Positions 9,279 through 17,880 of a DNA stretch of 64,000 nt are shown piece after piece. A model generated the notes under the pieces. It saw only the letters and a program-made list of their open reading frames with translations. It was not told where the DNA came from and ran no database searches. This DNA comes from Deltaproteobacteria bacterium (GTDB taxonomy: Bacteria > Myxococcota_A > Polyangia > Polyangiales > JADJMO01), in contig JALHOE010000006.1 in the NCBI GenBank assembly GCA_022843175.1, forward strand, positions 13,985 through 77,984, given 5' to 3'. A program made the position numbers and the translations under genes. Positions within the stretch are counted from its first letter, which is position 1, and the number at the start of each line of letters is the position of its first letter.

Positions 9279-9294
9279 TTCAAAATATTTTGAA
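9279..9294. promoter_or_regulatory. AT-rich perfect 16-bp palindrome TTCAAAATATTTTGAA in a divergent promoter region
   Basis: Read directly. The half-site TTCAAAAT and its exact reverse complement are adjacent. It lies between the polyprenyl synthase start and the GT2 gene start at 9381. Confidence 0.45.
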
Positions 9295-9380
9295 CGAACC
9301 GACTGTAGGGGGCGCCGTCCGGGGGTCAAGGGCGCTAAGTCCTTTGACCGCGGCGCGAGGCGGGATACGAGCCGTGTCGC

Positions 9381-10112
9381 ATGTCCGAGGGCGACCGCGC
9401 GCTGATCGTCACGCCGACCTACAACGAGCGCGACAACCTCGAGCCGTTTCTCGAGGGTGTCTTCCGCTGGGCGCCCCGCGCCAATGTCCTCGTCGTCGAC
9501 GACAACAGTCCCGACGGCACCGGCAAGCTCGCCGACGAGATCGCCGCGCGCGATCCTCGCGTGAGCGTCATGCACCGGCCCGGCAAGATGGGCCTCGGCA
9601 GCGCCTACCGCGAGGCGTTCGCCAAGGGCCTCGCCGACCCGCGCTACGACTACTTCCTCGAGATGGACACCGACCTCTCGCACGACCCGCAGTACCTGCC
9701 GCAGTTCTTCCGCGCGCTCGACAGCGGCGCGGACGTGGTCATCGGCTCGCGCAACATTCCGGGCGGCGGCGTCGAGGGCTGGGGCGTCGGTCGCCACGTG
9801 CTGTCCAAGGGCGGCTCGCTCTACTCGCGCACGATCCTCGGCCTCGCGGTCCGCGATCTCACGAGCGGATACAAGGCCTTCCGCCGTCGCGCGCTCGAGG
9901 CGATCGACCTCGCGAGCATCCGCAGCGAGGGCTACTCGTTCCAGATCGAGATGACCTACCGCTTGCTCCGCAAGGGCTTCCGCGTCGAGGAGGTCCCGAT
10001 CATCTTCGTCGACCGCCGCCAGGGCGCTTCGAAGATGAGTCGGAAGATCTTCGCCGAGGCCATCGGCGTGGTGTGGAAGCTCCGCGCCGACGCCGTCCGC
10101 GGGAAGCTCTGA
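9381..10112 (+). CDS. Polyprenol/dolichol-phosphate mannosyltransferase (GT2, Dpm1/Ppm1-like)
   Basis: 243 aa. The translation is LIVTPTYNERDNLEPF...VLVVDDNSPDGTG...MDTDLSHDPQYLP...GSRNIPGGGVEGW. Confidence 0.88.
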   Translation: MSEGDRALIVTPTYNERDNLEPFLEGVFRWAPRANVLVVDDNSPDGTGKLADEIAARDPRVSVMHRPGKMGLGSAYREAFAKGLADPRYDYFLEMDTDLSHDPQYLPQFFRALDSGADVVIGSRNIPGGGVEGWGVGRHVLSKGGSLYSRTILGLAVRDLTSGYKAFRRRALEAIDLASIRSEGYSFQIEMTYRLLRKGFRVEEVPIIFVDRRQGASKMSRKIFAEAIGVVWKLRADAVRGKL

Positions 10113-10118
10113 CCGGAT

Positions 10119-10177
10119 GGGCGCTCGCTGACGCGCGCCTGTCTCGTCTCCACCGGCGCGCGCGTCAGCGAGCGCCT
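10119..10177. repeat. REP-like element, inverted pair (copies 1-2 of 6)
   Basis: GGGCGCTCGCTGACGCGCGCCT lies at 10119-10140 and GGCGCGCGCGTCAGCGAGCGCCT at 10155-10177. They are reverse complements of each other. The pair sits between convergent stops at 10112 and 10187. Confidence 0.85.
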
Positions 10178-10186
10178 ATTGGCACT

Positions 10187-10429
10187 TCAACACACGCCCG
10201 ATGGGCGGCCGATGCACTTGCGCGCGACGGCGACGGCCTCGGGCTTGCTCTCCGGATCCAAGCGGGCCGCGCGATCGGCGCAGTCGAGCGCCTGCTGATC
10301 GCACCCCATTCGCTCGAACATGCGCGCGAGGATGAGGAGCGCGGGGGCATCGAGCCCGTCCGGATCGCGCTCGTAGGCTTCGAGAAGCCCTTCGATGGCG
10401 GCCGGCGGGATCGAGTAGGGATTGGACAT
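10187..10429 (-). CDS. Small hypothetical protein (80 aa, helical/TPR-like)
   Basis: This is an ATG-started tail of track ORF 10187..11026 (MSNPYSIPPAAIEGLLEAYERDPDG...). The codon pattern looks coding. No family was recognised. Confidence 0.5.
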   Translation of the reverse strand: MSNPYSIPPAAIEGLLEAYERDPDGLDAPALLILARMFERMGCDQQALDCADRAARLDPESKPEAVAVARKCIGRPSGVC

Positions 10430-10528
10430 CGCGGGGGCCGAAGAACGTAGCACAAACGCCGCGATATGCCCGCCGACCCAGATCAAGTCTTGTTTCGCGG
10501 GCGGCGCTGCGGTTCGACACACGAGCAG

Positions 10529-12691
10529 ATGTCGCCCGAGCAGTTCGAACAAGGGCTGAATCCATCCCAGCGCGCCGCGGTTGTGCACGGCGACGGTCCG
10601 CTCCTGGTGCTCGCTGGCGCCGGGTCCGGCAAGACGCGGGTGATCACCATGCGCATCGCGCGCATGCTCGCGATGGGCGTGCCGGCGACGTCGATCCTCG
10701 CGGTGACCTTCACCAACAAGGCCGCCGGCGAGATGCACGAGCGCGTGATCGCGCTGACCGGCGCGCGCGCCGCGCAGGGGCTCACGATCTCCACCTTTCA
10801 CTCGTTCGGCCTCGGCTTCCTCCAGCGCGAGGCGCGCTACCTCGGGTTCGGGGGCGGGTTCACCATCTTCGACCAGTCCGACGCGGTCGGCACGCTCCGC
10901 GAGCTGATGCGCGAGCTGCACATCGACGACGCGCGCCGCGGAAGCGCCGACGACAGGGCCGGCGGGCGCAGGCTCGACGCGGCGGCGATCCTCAACCGCA
11001 TCTCGCTCGCGAAGAACGCGTTCCACACCCCCGAGTCAATGCCCGACGGCGGCGATCTCGAGGGCGACGCGGCGACGTATCAGGCGGCCGCCAAGCTCCT
11101 CTACGGCAAATACATCCGCGCGCTCAAGGGCTTCCACGCGCTCGACTTCGACGATCTGATCTGCGAGCCGGTGCACCTGCTCACGCGGTTCGCGGAGCTA
11201 CGCGACAAGTGGCAGCGTCGCTTCCGCTACATCCTGGTCGACGAATACCAGGACACCAACAAGGCGCAGCTCGAGCTCCTCCGCAACGTCGTCGGCAGCC
11301 ACCAGAACATCACCGTCGTCGGCGACGACGACCAATCGATCTACGCGTGGCGCGGCGCCGACGTGACCAACATCCTCTCCTTCGAGGAGCACTTCGCGGG
11401 CGCCAAAGTCGTGAAGTTGGAGCAGAACTATCGCTCCCACGCGCCGATCCTCGAAGCGGCCAACGCCGTCATCGGCGCGATGCCCAACAAGAAGTACAAG
11501 AAGGAGCTCTTCACCTCGAAGCACGGGGGCGAGAAGCTCCAGCTCGTCAACTGCGCGCTCCCCGAGGTCGAGGCGTCGTTCGTCGCGAGCGAGATCGAGC
11601 GACTGGTCACCGAGGGCAAGCGCCCGTCGGAGATCTCCGTGATCTACCGCTCCAACAAGCAGGCCGAGCTCATCGAGACCGCTCTTCGCGAACGCGGCAT
11701 CGCCTACGTGCTCGTCGGCGGGCAAGCGTTCTTCGAGCGCAAGGAGGTCAAGGATCTCCTCTCCTATCTCAAGCTCGCGATCCACCCGATGGACGAGATC
11801 GCGCTCCGCCGGATCATCAACTACCCGACCCGGGGCATCGGCGAGCAGGCGCTCGCGAAGCTCGAGGCCTACGCGATCGCGCGTGACGTCCCGCTGTTCC
11901 GCGCCGTGCAGCGCGCGAGCGAGATCGATCTGTCCCCCGCCGCGCGCGCCGGGTGCGCGGCCCTCGCAGACGTCGTCGTCGACGCCAAGGCAGCGCTCGA
12001 TCACGGCAAGCCGCCGGCGGTCGTCGCGCGCGAGCTGTGCGAGAAGGTTCGGCTCAAGGAGGATCTCTACGGCGGCTCGCCCACCGGCAACGCGGCCGAG
12101 AAGCGGTGGGGCAACGTCGAGAACCTCTTCCGCTCGCTCGAGCGCTACTACAAGCGCGCCGAGGAGTCCGCGTGGGACCTCGACGCCAAGCGCACGCCGT
12201 CGATCGCCGAGTTCCTCCATCGCCTCACGCTGCGGTTCGCAGACGAGGAAGAGGACAAGACCGAGGTCGTCACGCTCACCACGCTGCACGGCGCCAAGGG
12301 CCTCGAGTACGACGTCGTGTTCCTGATCGGGCTCGAAGAGGGCATCCTCCCTCACAAGCGCACGCTCGCTCCGAGCGTGACCGACGTCGTCGAGTTCAAG
12401 ACCGACGCGTCCGGCGCAGCGGTGCTCTCCGAGGACGGGATCGACGAGGAGCGCCGCCTCTTCTACGTCGGCGTCACCCGCGCCAAGGAGCGCCTCTACC
12501 TCTGCCGCGCGCGCGCCCGCGCCGCCCGCGGCCAGCCGGTCGCGCGCATCCCGTCCCGGTTCCTCGCCGACGTGCCCGAGCACCTCTGCGAGACCCGCGA
12601 GGTCGCGGAGGTGATCCGCCAGTCGCCCCAGCAGATGAAGCAGAAGACCGCGCAGGCCCTCTCCACCTTCGGGGCTCGCCCGAAGTTCTAG
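10529..12691 (+). CDS. ATP-dependent DNA helicase, UvrD/PcrA/Rep family (SF1)
   Basis: Motifs present are LVLAGAGSGKTRV (Walker A), ILVDEYQDTNKAQ, VGDDDQSIYAWRGA, TLHGAKGLEYDVVFL and FYVGVTRAKERLYL. I chose the ATG at 10529 (MSPEQFEQGLNPSQ) over the track start at 10466. Confidence 0.92.
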   Translation: MSPEQFEQGLNPSQRAAVVHGDGPLLVLAGAGSGKTRVITMRIARMLAMGVPATSILAVTFTNKAAGEMHERVIALTGARAAQGLTISTFHSFGLGFLQREARYLGFGGGFTIFDQSDAVGTLRELMRELHIDDARRGSADDRAGGRRLDAAAILNRISLAKNAFHTPESMPDGGDLEGDAATYQAAAKLLYGKYIRALKGFHALDFDDLICEPVHLLTRFAELRDKWQRRFRYILVDEYQDTNKAQLELLRNVVGSHQNITVVGDDDQSIYAWRGADVTNILSFEEHFAGAKVVKLEQNYRSHAPILEAANAVIGAMPNKKYKKELFTSKHGGEKLQLVNCALPEVEASFVASEIERLVTEGKRPSEISVIYRSNKQAELIETALRERGIAYVLVGGQAFFERKEVKDLLSYLKLAIHPMDEIALRRIINYPTRGIGEQALAKLEAYAIARDVPLFRAVQRASEIDLSPAARAGCAALADVVVDAKAALDHGKPPAVVARELCEKVRLKEDLYGGSPTGNAAEKRWGNVENLFRSLERYYKRAEESAWDLDAKRTPSIAEFLHRLTLRFADEEEDKTEVVTLTTLHGAKGLEYDVVFLIGLEEGILPHKRTLAPSVTDVVEFKTDASGAAVLSEDGIDEERRLFYVGVTRAKERLYLCRARARAARGQPVARIPSRFLADVPEHLCETREVAEVIRQSPQQMKQKTAQALSTFGARPKF

Positions 12692-13008
12692 GCGCGGGCC
12701 GAGAGCGTCTCGAGCGCCGTCTGGATCTCGGAGAGCGCGTGGCTGTCGCCCTTGCTCCGCGCGCGCTCGAGCCCCTGCTCGTACCACGCGCGGGCCTCGT
12801 CCTTCTGGCCGAGCGCCTCGGCGACGCCGCCGGCCATCAGGTACTGCGGAACGTACGCGGGATCGACCTCGCGGAGCTCCTTGAACGCGGCGAGCGACTC
12901 GTCGTTGCGACCGAGGCCCTTGAGCTCCATCGCGAGTGCATAACGGGTGAATGCATCGCGGTTACCGGCGGCGAGCATCTTCTGGATCGCTTCGAGGCGC
13001 TTGGACAT
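12688..13008 (-). CDS. Small tetratricopeptide-repeat protein (106 aa)
   Basis: This is the tail of track ORF 12688..14274 starting at an ATG (MSKRLEAIQKMLAAGNRDAFTRYALAMELKGLGRNDESLAAFKEL...). The spacing is TPR-like. Its stop overlaps the helicase stop (CTAG). Confidence 0.65.
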   Translation of the reverse strand: MSKRLEAIQKMLAAGNRDAFTRYALAMELKGLGRNDESLAAFKELREVDPAYVPQYLMAGGVAEALGQKDEARAWYEQGLERARSKGDSHALSEIQTALETLSARA

Positions 13009-13019
13009 GGGGGGCCAGT

Positions 13020-14159
13020 CTACCGCCGGAGCGCCGTCGCGAGCGCATCGACGACGCGATCGAGCTCGTCGCTGTCCAGGCCGGGATCGATCGGCAGCGC
13101 CAGCGACTCCGCGGCCGCGCGCTCGGCGTTGGGGAACGAGCCCTGCGCGTCGGGGAGGGCGGCGAGCGCGGGCTGCCGCGGGAGCGTCTCTGGATAGTAG
13201 ACGGCCGTCTCGATGTCCCTGCCGAGGAGCTCGGTGCGCACCGCGGCGCGGCGCGCCGCGGCGACCCGGATCACGAACTGGTTGAACACGTGCTCGCCAC
13301 GCACGACCCGCGGCAGAAGCACGACGTCGTCGCTCGGGATGGGCTGCCCCTCGTTGGGCGCGCCGAGGCCGCACGAACGCAGGCGATCGACGTAGCGCGC
13401 GGCGATCTGCGCGCGTCGCGCGGTCTTGCTCGCGAGCAGGGGGAGCCGCACGCGGAGGAACGCGGCCTGGAGCGCGTCGAGCCGGAAGTTGCCGCCGACG
13501 ATCTCGTGGCGGTGCTTCTCGCGCGCGCCGTGGACGCGGAGCGCGCGGATCCGCTCGGCCAGCGCCGGATCGTTGGTGGTGACGAGCCCACCGTCGCCGA
13601 GCGCGGCGAGGTTCTTGGTCGGGAAGAACGAGAACGCCCCGAGCGCGCCGACCGTGCCGACCGCGTGGTCGCCGAGGCGCGCGCCGATGGCCTGCGCGGC
13701 GTCCTCGACGATCGGCACTCCCGCGTCGGCCGCGAGCTCCGCGAGCGGGTCGAGCTCGGCCGGTTGTCCGAACAGATGAACCACCACGATGGCGCGGGTG
13801 CGCGCGCCGATCCGCGCACCGATGGACCGAGCCGGCGACATGAAGTCGCGGAGGTCGATGTCGACGAAGACCGGGGTCGCCCCCGTGCGGACGATCGCTC
13901 CAGCCGTCGCGAAGAACGAGTAGGCCGGCGCGATCACCTCGTCGCCGGGGCCGACGCCGAGGGCGAGGAGGGAGGTCAGGAGCGCGTCGGTCCCGGACGA
14001 GACCCCGATCGCATGCGCCGCCCCGAGGTGCGCGGCGATCTCCTGCTCGAACGCCGCGAGCTCCTCGCCGAGAATGAGCTGACCGCTCGCGAGGACGCGG
14101 TCGAACGCGGCGCGGAGCGCGTCCCGCTCTCCCTCGTCGAATCGGGTCGGGTCGACCAT
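13020..14159 (-). CDS. DegT/DnrJ/EryC1/StrS-family PLP aminotransferase (WbpE/WlbC-like)
   Basis: The ATG at 14159 gives MVDPTRFDEGE... Supporting motifs are GVSSGTDALL, EVIAPAYSFFATA and FSFFPTKNL (the PLP lysine context). It is the tail of track ORF 13020..14609. Confidence 0.88.
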   Translation of the reverse strand: MVDPTRFDEGERDALRAAFDRVLASGQLILGEELAAFEQEIAAHLGAAHAIGVSSGTDALLTSLLALGVGPGDEVIAPAYSFFATAGAIVRTGATPVFVDIDLRDFMSPARSIGARIGARTRAIVVVHLFGQPAELDPLAELAADAGVPIVEDAAQAIGARLGDHAVGTVGALGAFSFFPTKNLAALGDGGLVTTNDPALAERIRALRVHGAREKHRHEIVGGNFRLDALQAAFLRVRLPLLASKTARRAQIAARYVDRLRSCGLGAPNEGQPIPSDDVVLLPRVVRGEHVFNQFVIRVAAARRAAVRTELLGRDIETAVYYPETLPRQPALAALPDAQGSFPNAERAAAESLALPIDPGLDSDELDRVVDALATALRR

Positions 14160-14164
14160 CCGGA

Positions 14165-14662
14165 TCACGGGCGCCGCTCGCCGTTCTCGTCGACCCAGCC
14201 GACGATTCGCGCGGGTGTGCCGACGACCAGTGCGTGATCGGGCACGTCGTGAGTGACGACCGCGCCCGCACCAACGAAGGCGTACCGCCCGATCGTCACA
14301 CCACACACCAGCGTTGCGTTGGCCCCGATCGTGGCGCCGGCGCGGATCCTCGTGGCGGCGCGTACGCCGACCCGTCCGGCGCGTGGGTTCTTGACGTTGG
14401 TGAGCACGCAGCAGGGGCCGAGAAAGACGTCGTCCTCGATCTCGACGCCGTCGTAGATCGACACGTGGTTCTGCACGCGCACCCCGTCGCCGAGGACCGC
14501 GCCGGAAGCGACGAACACACCCTGGCCGAGCATGCAGCGCGCGCCGATGCGGGCTCCCGGCATGACGTGCACGAAGTGCCAGACCACGGTGCCGACGCCG
14601 ATGGAGCAACCCTCGTCGATGCAGGCGGTCTCGTGGATCCGAGCGCCGTCGCGGTCGATCAC
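14165..14662 (-). CDS. Left-handed beta-helix (hexapeptide) N-acetyltransferase, WbpD/WlbB-like
   Basis: The GTG start overlaps the upstream stop (GTGA). The hexapeptide-repeat run is IGVGTVVWHFVHVMPGARIGARCMLGQGVFVASGAVLGDGVRVQNHVSIYDGVEIEDDVFLGPCCVLTNV. Confidence 0.82.
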   Translation of the reverse strand: MIDRDGARIHETACIDEGCSIGVGTVVWHFVHVMPGARIGARCMLGQGVFVASGAVLGDGVRVQNHVSIYDGVEIEDDVFLGPCCVLTNVKNPRAGRVGVRAATRIRAGATIGANATLVCGVTIGRYAFVGAGAVVTHDVPDHALVVGTPARIVGWVDENGERRP

Positions 14663-15513
14663 AGCGGCCCCGGGTTCTGGCAGTGGGCGACGCCCTCGGC
14701 GAGGTGGACGACCGACTCCGAGAGCTTGCCCTTGAGCGCGGAGACCGCGCTGTGCTCGCCGACGAAGAAGTCGACCATGTCGTTCTTGACCGCGCCGCCG
14801 ACGTCGTCCGCGCGCACGCATCCGTCGTGCACCTTGCCGGCGGCGGGCGACGGGAGCTGCAGGCCGTCGAGCTCGGGCACGTAGTACCAACGCCCCATCG
14901 CGAAGCTCTTGGGATCGATCGCGAGCGAGCGGAACGGCGTCGCGGGGCGGCCCGACGCGGTGATCCCCCACGGGAACTCCGCGCCGACGGCCACGAAGCA
15001 GAGCGGGTTCACCTTCTGGACCCCGACCACCCGACCGTCGCAGAGCTTGGCCGAGCCCTGCATCGCCGCGGACTGCTTGAACGCCTGCGAGACCATGGCG
15101 ATCGACCCGCCCCCACACTTGGGCAGCGGCACCTGCGGGGGATCGGGGCACTTCTGCGCAGCGATGTGATAGAGCGTCATCCGCACGGCGCGCCCGGTCA
15201 CCTTGGGCTTCTCGCGCGGCGCCGCGACCGTGCCCGGCGTCGCCGTCGGCGCTCCCGGGGGCCCGGATTCGGGTGCAGGGAGTGAAGCCGCCGGTTGTGT
15301 CGTCGCCGACCGGGGCCCGCACCCGCCGGTGAGGATCCCGCCCGCCACGACGGCCGCCGACACGGCGCAGCACAGGGAGCCGAGAGCCGCGACCGACTCC
15401 GGACGCAGCACAAAACGAGCATCGAGCGCGCGCAGGGCGCCAAGAACCCGTCGCGCGGACGCGACTGCTCGCCGGGGTAGCGAAAGCCCCGCGACCCGCC
15501 CGCGCGAGGTCAT
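14659..15513 (-). CDS. Probable lipoprotein with C-terminal 3D (MltA-like) domain
   Basis: 284 aa. The hydrophobic N-region ends in LTGGC. The C-terminal sequence SLAIDPKSF...DGCVRADDVGGAVKNDMVDFFVG resembles the three-Asp '3D' domain of MltA-type lytic transglycosylases. Confidence 0.6.
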   Translation of the reverse strand: MTSRGRVAGLSLPRRAVASARRVLGALRALDARFVLRPESVAALGSLCCAVSAAVVAGGILTGGCGPRSATTQPAASLPAPESGPPGAPTATPGTVAAPREKPKVTGRAVRMTLYHIAAQKCPDPPQVPLPKCGGGSIAMVSQAFKQSAAMQGSAKLCDGRVVGVQKVNPLCFVAVGAEFPWGITASGRPATPFRSLAIDPKSFAMGRWYYVPELDGLQLPSPAAGKVHDGCVRADDVGGAVKNDMVDFFVGEHSAVSALKGKLSESVVHLAEGVAHCQNPGPL

Positions 15514-15639
15514 GGCCGGAGGCTAACACAGCCCGATTGCATTCCGAGGGTGCGAGAAACGTTGACTCCTTCGACGCTGGCCGGGAAGATCGCCCTGCCG
15601 TTCGCTGTCGTCCCGCCTCACCCCTGCTCGAGGTCCTTC

Positions 15640-16413
15640 GTGTCCCAGCCGCTCCGCATCGAAGTCGTTGGCGAGACGAACGTCGGGATGAAGCGTAATC
15701 ACAACGAGGACAACTTCGCGATCCTCGAAGAGGAAGGCCTCTACATCGTCGCCGACGGGATGGGCGGCCACGCTTCGGGCGAGGTCGCGAGCCAGCTCGC
15801 GGTCGATACGATCCGCGACTTCTTCCGCGCGACCAGCGCCGACCCGGACAAGACGTGGCCCTACAAGATGGACCGCGGCAAGGGCTACGAGGAGAACCGG
15901 CTGATCACCGCGATCAAGCTCGCGAACCTCAAGATCTACGAAGAGGCGCAGGGCAACATCGGCAAGCGCGGCATGGGCACCACGGTGGTCGCTGCGTTCG
16001 CGGTCGAGGGCGGCGTCTACCTCTCCCACGTCGGCGATTCGCGCATCTACCGCATCCGCGACAACAAGATCGAGCAGCTCACCGAGGACCACTCGCTGCT
16101 CAACGACTACATCAAGATGAAGCGCCTCTCCGCCGAGGAGATCGCCAACTTCCCGCACAAGAACGTCATCGTTCGCGCGCTCGGCATGAAGGAAAACGTC
16201 AAGGTCGACACGCGCTTCGAGGCGCCGCGCGCCGGCGACATCGTGCTGCTCTGCAGCGACGGGCTGTGCGGCCCGGTCGACGATCCGGACATCCTCGCCA
16301 TCGTGCGGTCGTCGAGCGATCTCAAGGGCGCGGTGCGCCGGCTGATCGCCCGCGCCAACGAGAACGGCGGCCCGGACAACATCACCGCCGTGCTCCTTCG
16401 CTGGGTCGCCTGA
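15640..16413 (+). CDS. PP2C-family Ser/Thr protein phosphatase
   Basis: The translation is RIEVVGETNVGMKRNHNEDNF...YIVADGMGGHASGEVAS...LLCSDGL...NGGPDNITAVLL. I chose the in-frame GTG at 15640. The track ORF starts at 15550. Confidence 0.9.
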   Translation: MSQPLRIEVVGETNVGMKRNHNEDNFAILEEEGLYIVADGMGGHASGEVASQLAVDTIRDFFRATSADPDKTWPYKMDRGKGYEENRLITAIKLANLKIYEEAQGNIGKRGMGTTVVAAFAVEGGVYLSHVGDSRIYRIRDNKIEQLTEDHSLLNDYIKMKRLSAEEIANFPHKNVIVRALGMKENVKVDTRFEAPRAGDIVLLCSDGLCGPVDDPDILAIVRSSSDLKGAVRRLIARANENGGPDNITAVLLRWVA

Positions 16414-16426
16414 GCCGTTGGTGACG

Positions 16427-16520
16427 TAGGCGCTCGCTGACGCGCGCGCCTATCCCGTCGCGCGCATGAGCCACGCAGGCGCGCGCGCAGCCAGATAGGC
16501 GCGCGCGTCAGCGAGCGCCT
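16427..16520. repeat. REP-like element, inverted pair plus a degenerate middle copy (copies 3-4 of 6)
   Basis: TAGGCGCTCGCTGACGCGCGCGCCTAT lies at 16427-16453 and ATAGGCGCGCGCGTCAGCGAGCGCCT at 16495-16520. A partial copy CAGGCGCGCGCGCAG lies around 16477-16491. The element sits between convergent stops at 16413 and 16540. Confidence 0.85.
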
Positions 16521-16539
16521 CTCCCGTCGGCGCCTCGAT

Positions 16540-17880
16540 CTAGCCGGTGAGACGCGCGAGCGGGCCCGTGCAGTAGGCCGGATTACCAAACGTCTTCTGC
16601 TCGCCGAGGCCCATCGCGTGGCACAGCGAGACCAGCAGATTGTTGTGCTTGGTGCCCGCCGGGTACTTCAGGTAGCGGCCGGTCTTGAAGTAGCCGCCGC
16701 AGCCGCCGGCCATGACGAACGGCACGTCGCGGCGCGTGTGGCGGTTGCCGACGCCGAGCTCGTTGCCCCACACGATGACCGTGTTGTCGAGCATCGTCCC
16801 CGACCCCTCGGGGATCTTCTTCATGGCGGCGATGAGGTAGGCCATCTGCTCGGCGTACCACTTGTTGATCTTCACGAGCTTGTCCTGCGACGCCGCGTCG
16901 GAGTCGCCGTTGTGCGAGAGATCGTGGTGGCCCTCGGTGATCCCGAGCCACGAGTGCACCTTGCCTCCCACGCTGTTCGACCACTGGATGGAGCCGACCC
17001 GCGTGAGATCGCACGCGAGCGCCATCACCAAGAGGTCCATTTGCATCCGGCCAATGTCCGGGAACTTCGTCGCGTCGGTGAGCGACGAGATCGCCGGTCG
17101 CGACGGCTTCACGCACGCTCCGCCGAGGAGCCCGCCGGCGTCGAGGCGGGTCTCGATGTCGCGGAGCGCGTCTGCGTACTGCGCGACCTTCGCGCGGTCC
17201 TCGCTCGCGAGCTTCGGCTGGAGGCCGGCGAAGTCCTTGGTCACCGCGTCGAGCACGCTCTGCCGCCGGGCGCGGAGCTTGGCGAGCCCGGTCGGATCGG
17301 CGCCGAGCGCGCCGAACACGCGATCGAAGGCCTTGCCCGGATCGTTCTCCGGGGGCACCGGCTGGTTCGCGGCGCGGTAGGACATGCGCGACCACACCGT
17401 GGCGCCGCTCACCTGCACGCCGAGCTCGAGCGACGGGAACTTGGTCGTCGCGCCTACCGTCTTGGCGATGTGTTGATCGACGCTCGGCCCCCCGCCCCAA
17501 CCCGCGGTGCCCGAGTCGCCGCCGCCCTTGAACTCGGTGCCGGCGAGCAGCTCGATGCCGGTCCACAGGCTGCCCATGCCGGTCTGGTGACCGTCGCCGG
17601 GCCCGTGGTGCGCGGACTCCATGTCGACGTTGTCGAGGATGAGCAGCTTGTCGCGGTGCGGCGCCAGCGGCGCGAGGATCGACCCGAGCGTGAAGTCGGT
17701 CTCGCCCCCGCCCGGCGTCCACGCCCCGGGGATGGTGCCGTTCGGCGAGAACATCAGCACGAGCCGCTTGGGGAACTCGGTCGGCGCCGCCGAGACGTGG
17801 CGGCGATCGACGAAGTTGAGGAGCGGCAGCGCGAGCGCCGAGCCGCCGGCCGCGCGGAGGAAGTTGCGACGGTTGATCAC
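16540..17880 (-). CDS. DUF1552-family protein with twin-arginine signal
   Basis: The GTG start (GTGA overlap with the upstream stop) gives VINRRNFLRAAGGSALALPLL. Further matches are PKRLVLMFSPNG, ESAHHGPGDGHQTG and HHDLSHNGD. It is the tail of track ORF 16540..19083. Confidence 0.85.
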   Translation of the reverse strand: MINRRNFLRAAGGSALALPLLNFVDRRHVSAAPTEFPKRLVLMFSPNGTIPGAWTPGGGETDFTLGSILAPLAPHRDKLLILDNVDMESAHHGPGDGHQTGMGSLWTGIELLAGTEFKGGGDSGTAGWGGGPSVDQHIAKTVGATTKFPSLELGVQVSGATVWSRMSYRAANQPVPPENDPGKAFDRVFGALGADPTGLAKLRARRQSVLDAVTKDFAGLQPKLASEDRAKVAQYADALRDIETRLDAGGLLGGACVKPSRPAISSLTDATKFPDIGRMQMDLLVMALACDLTRVGSIQWSNSVGGKVHSWLGITEGHHDLSHNGDSDAASQDKLVKINKWYAEQMAYLIAAMKKIPEGSGTMLDNTVIVWGNELGVGNRHTRRDVPFVMAGGCGGYFKTGRYLKYPAGTKHNNLLVSLCHAMGLGEQKTFGNPAYCTGPLARLTG

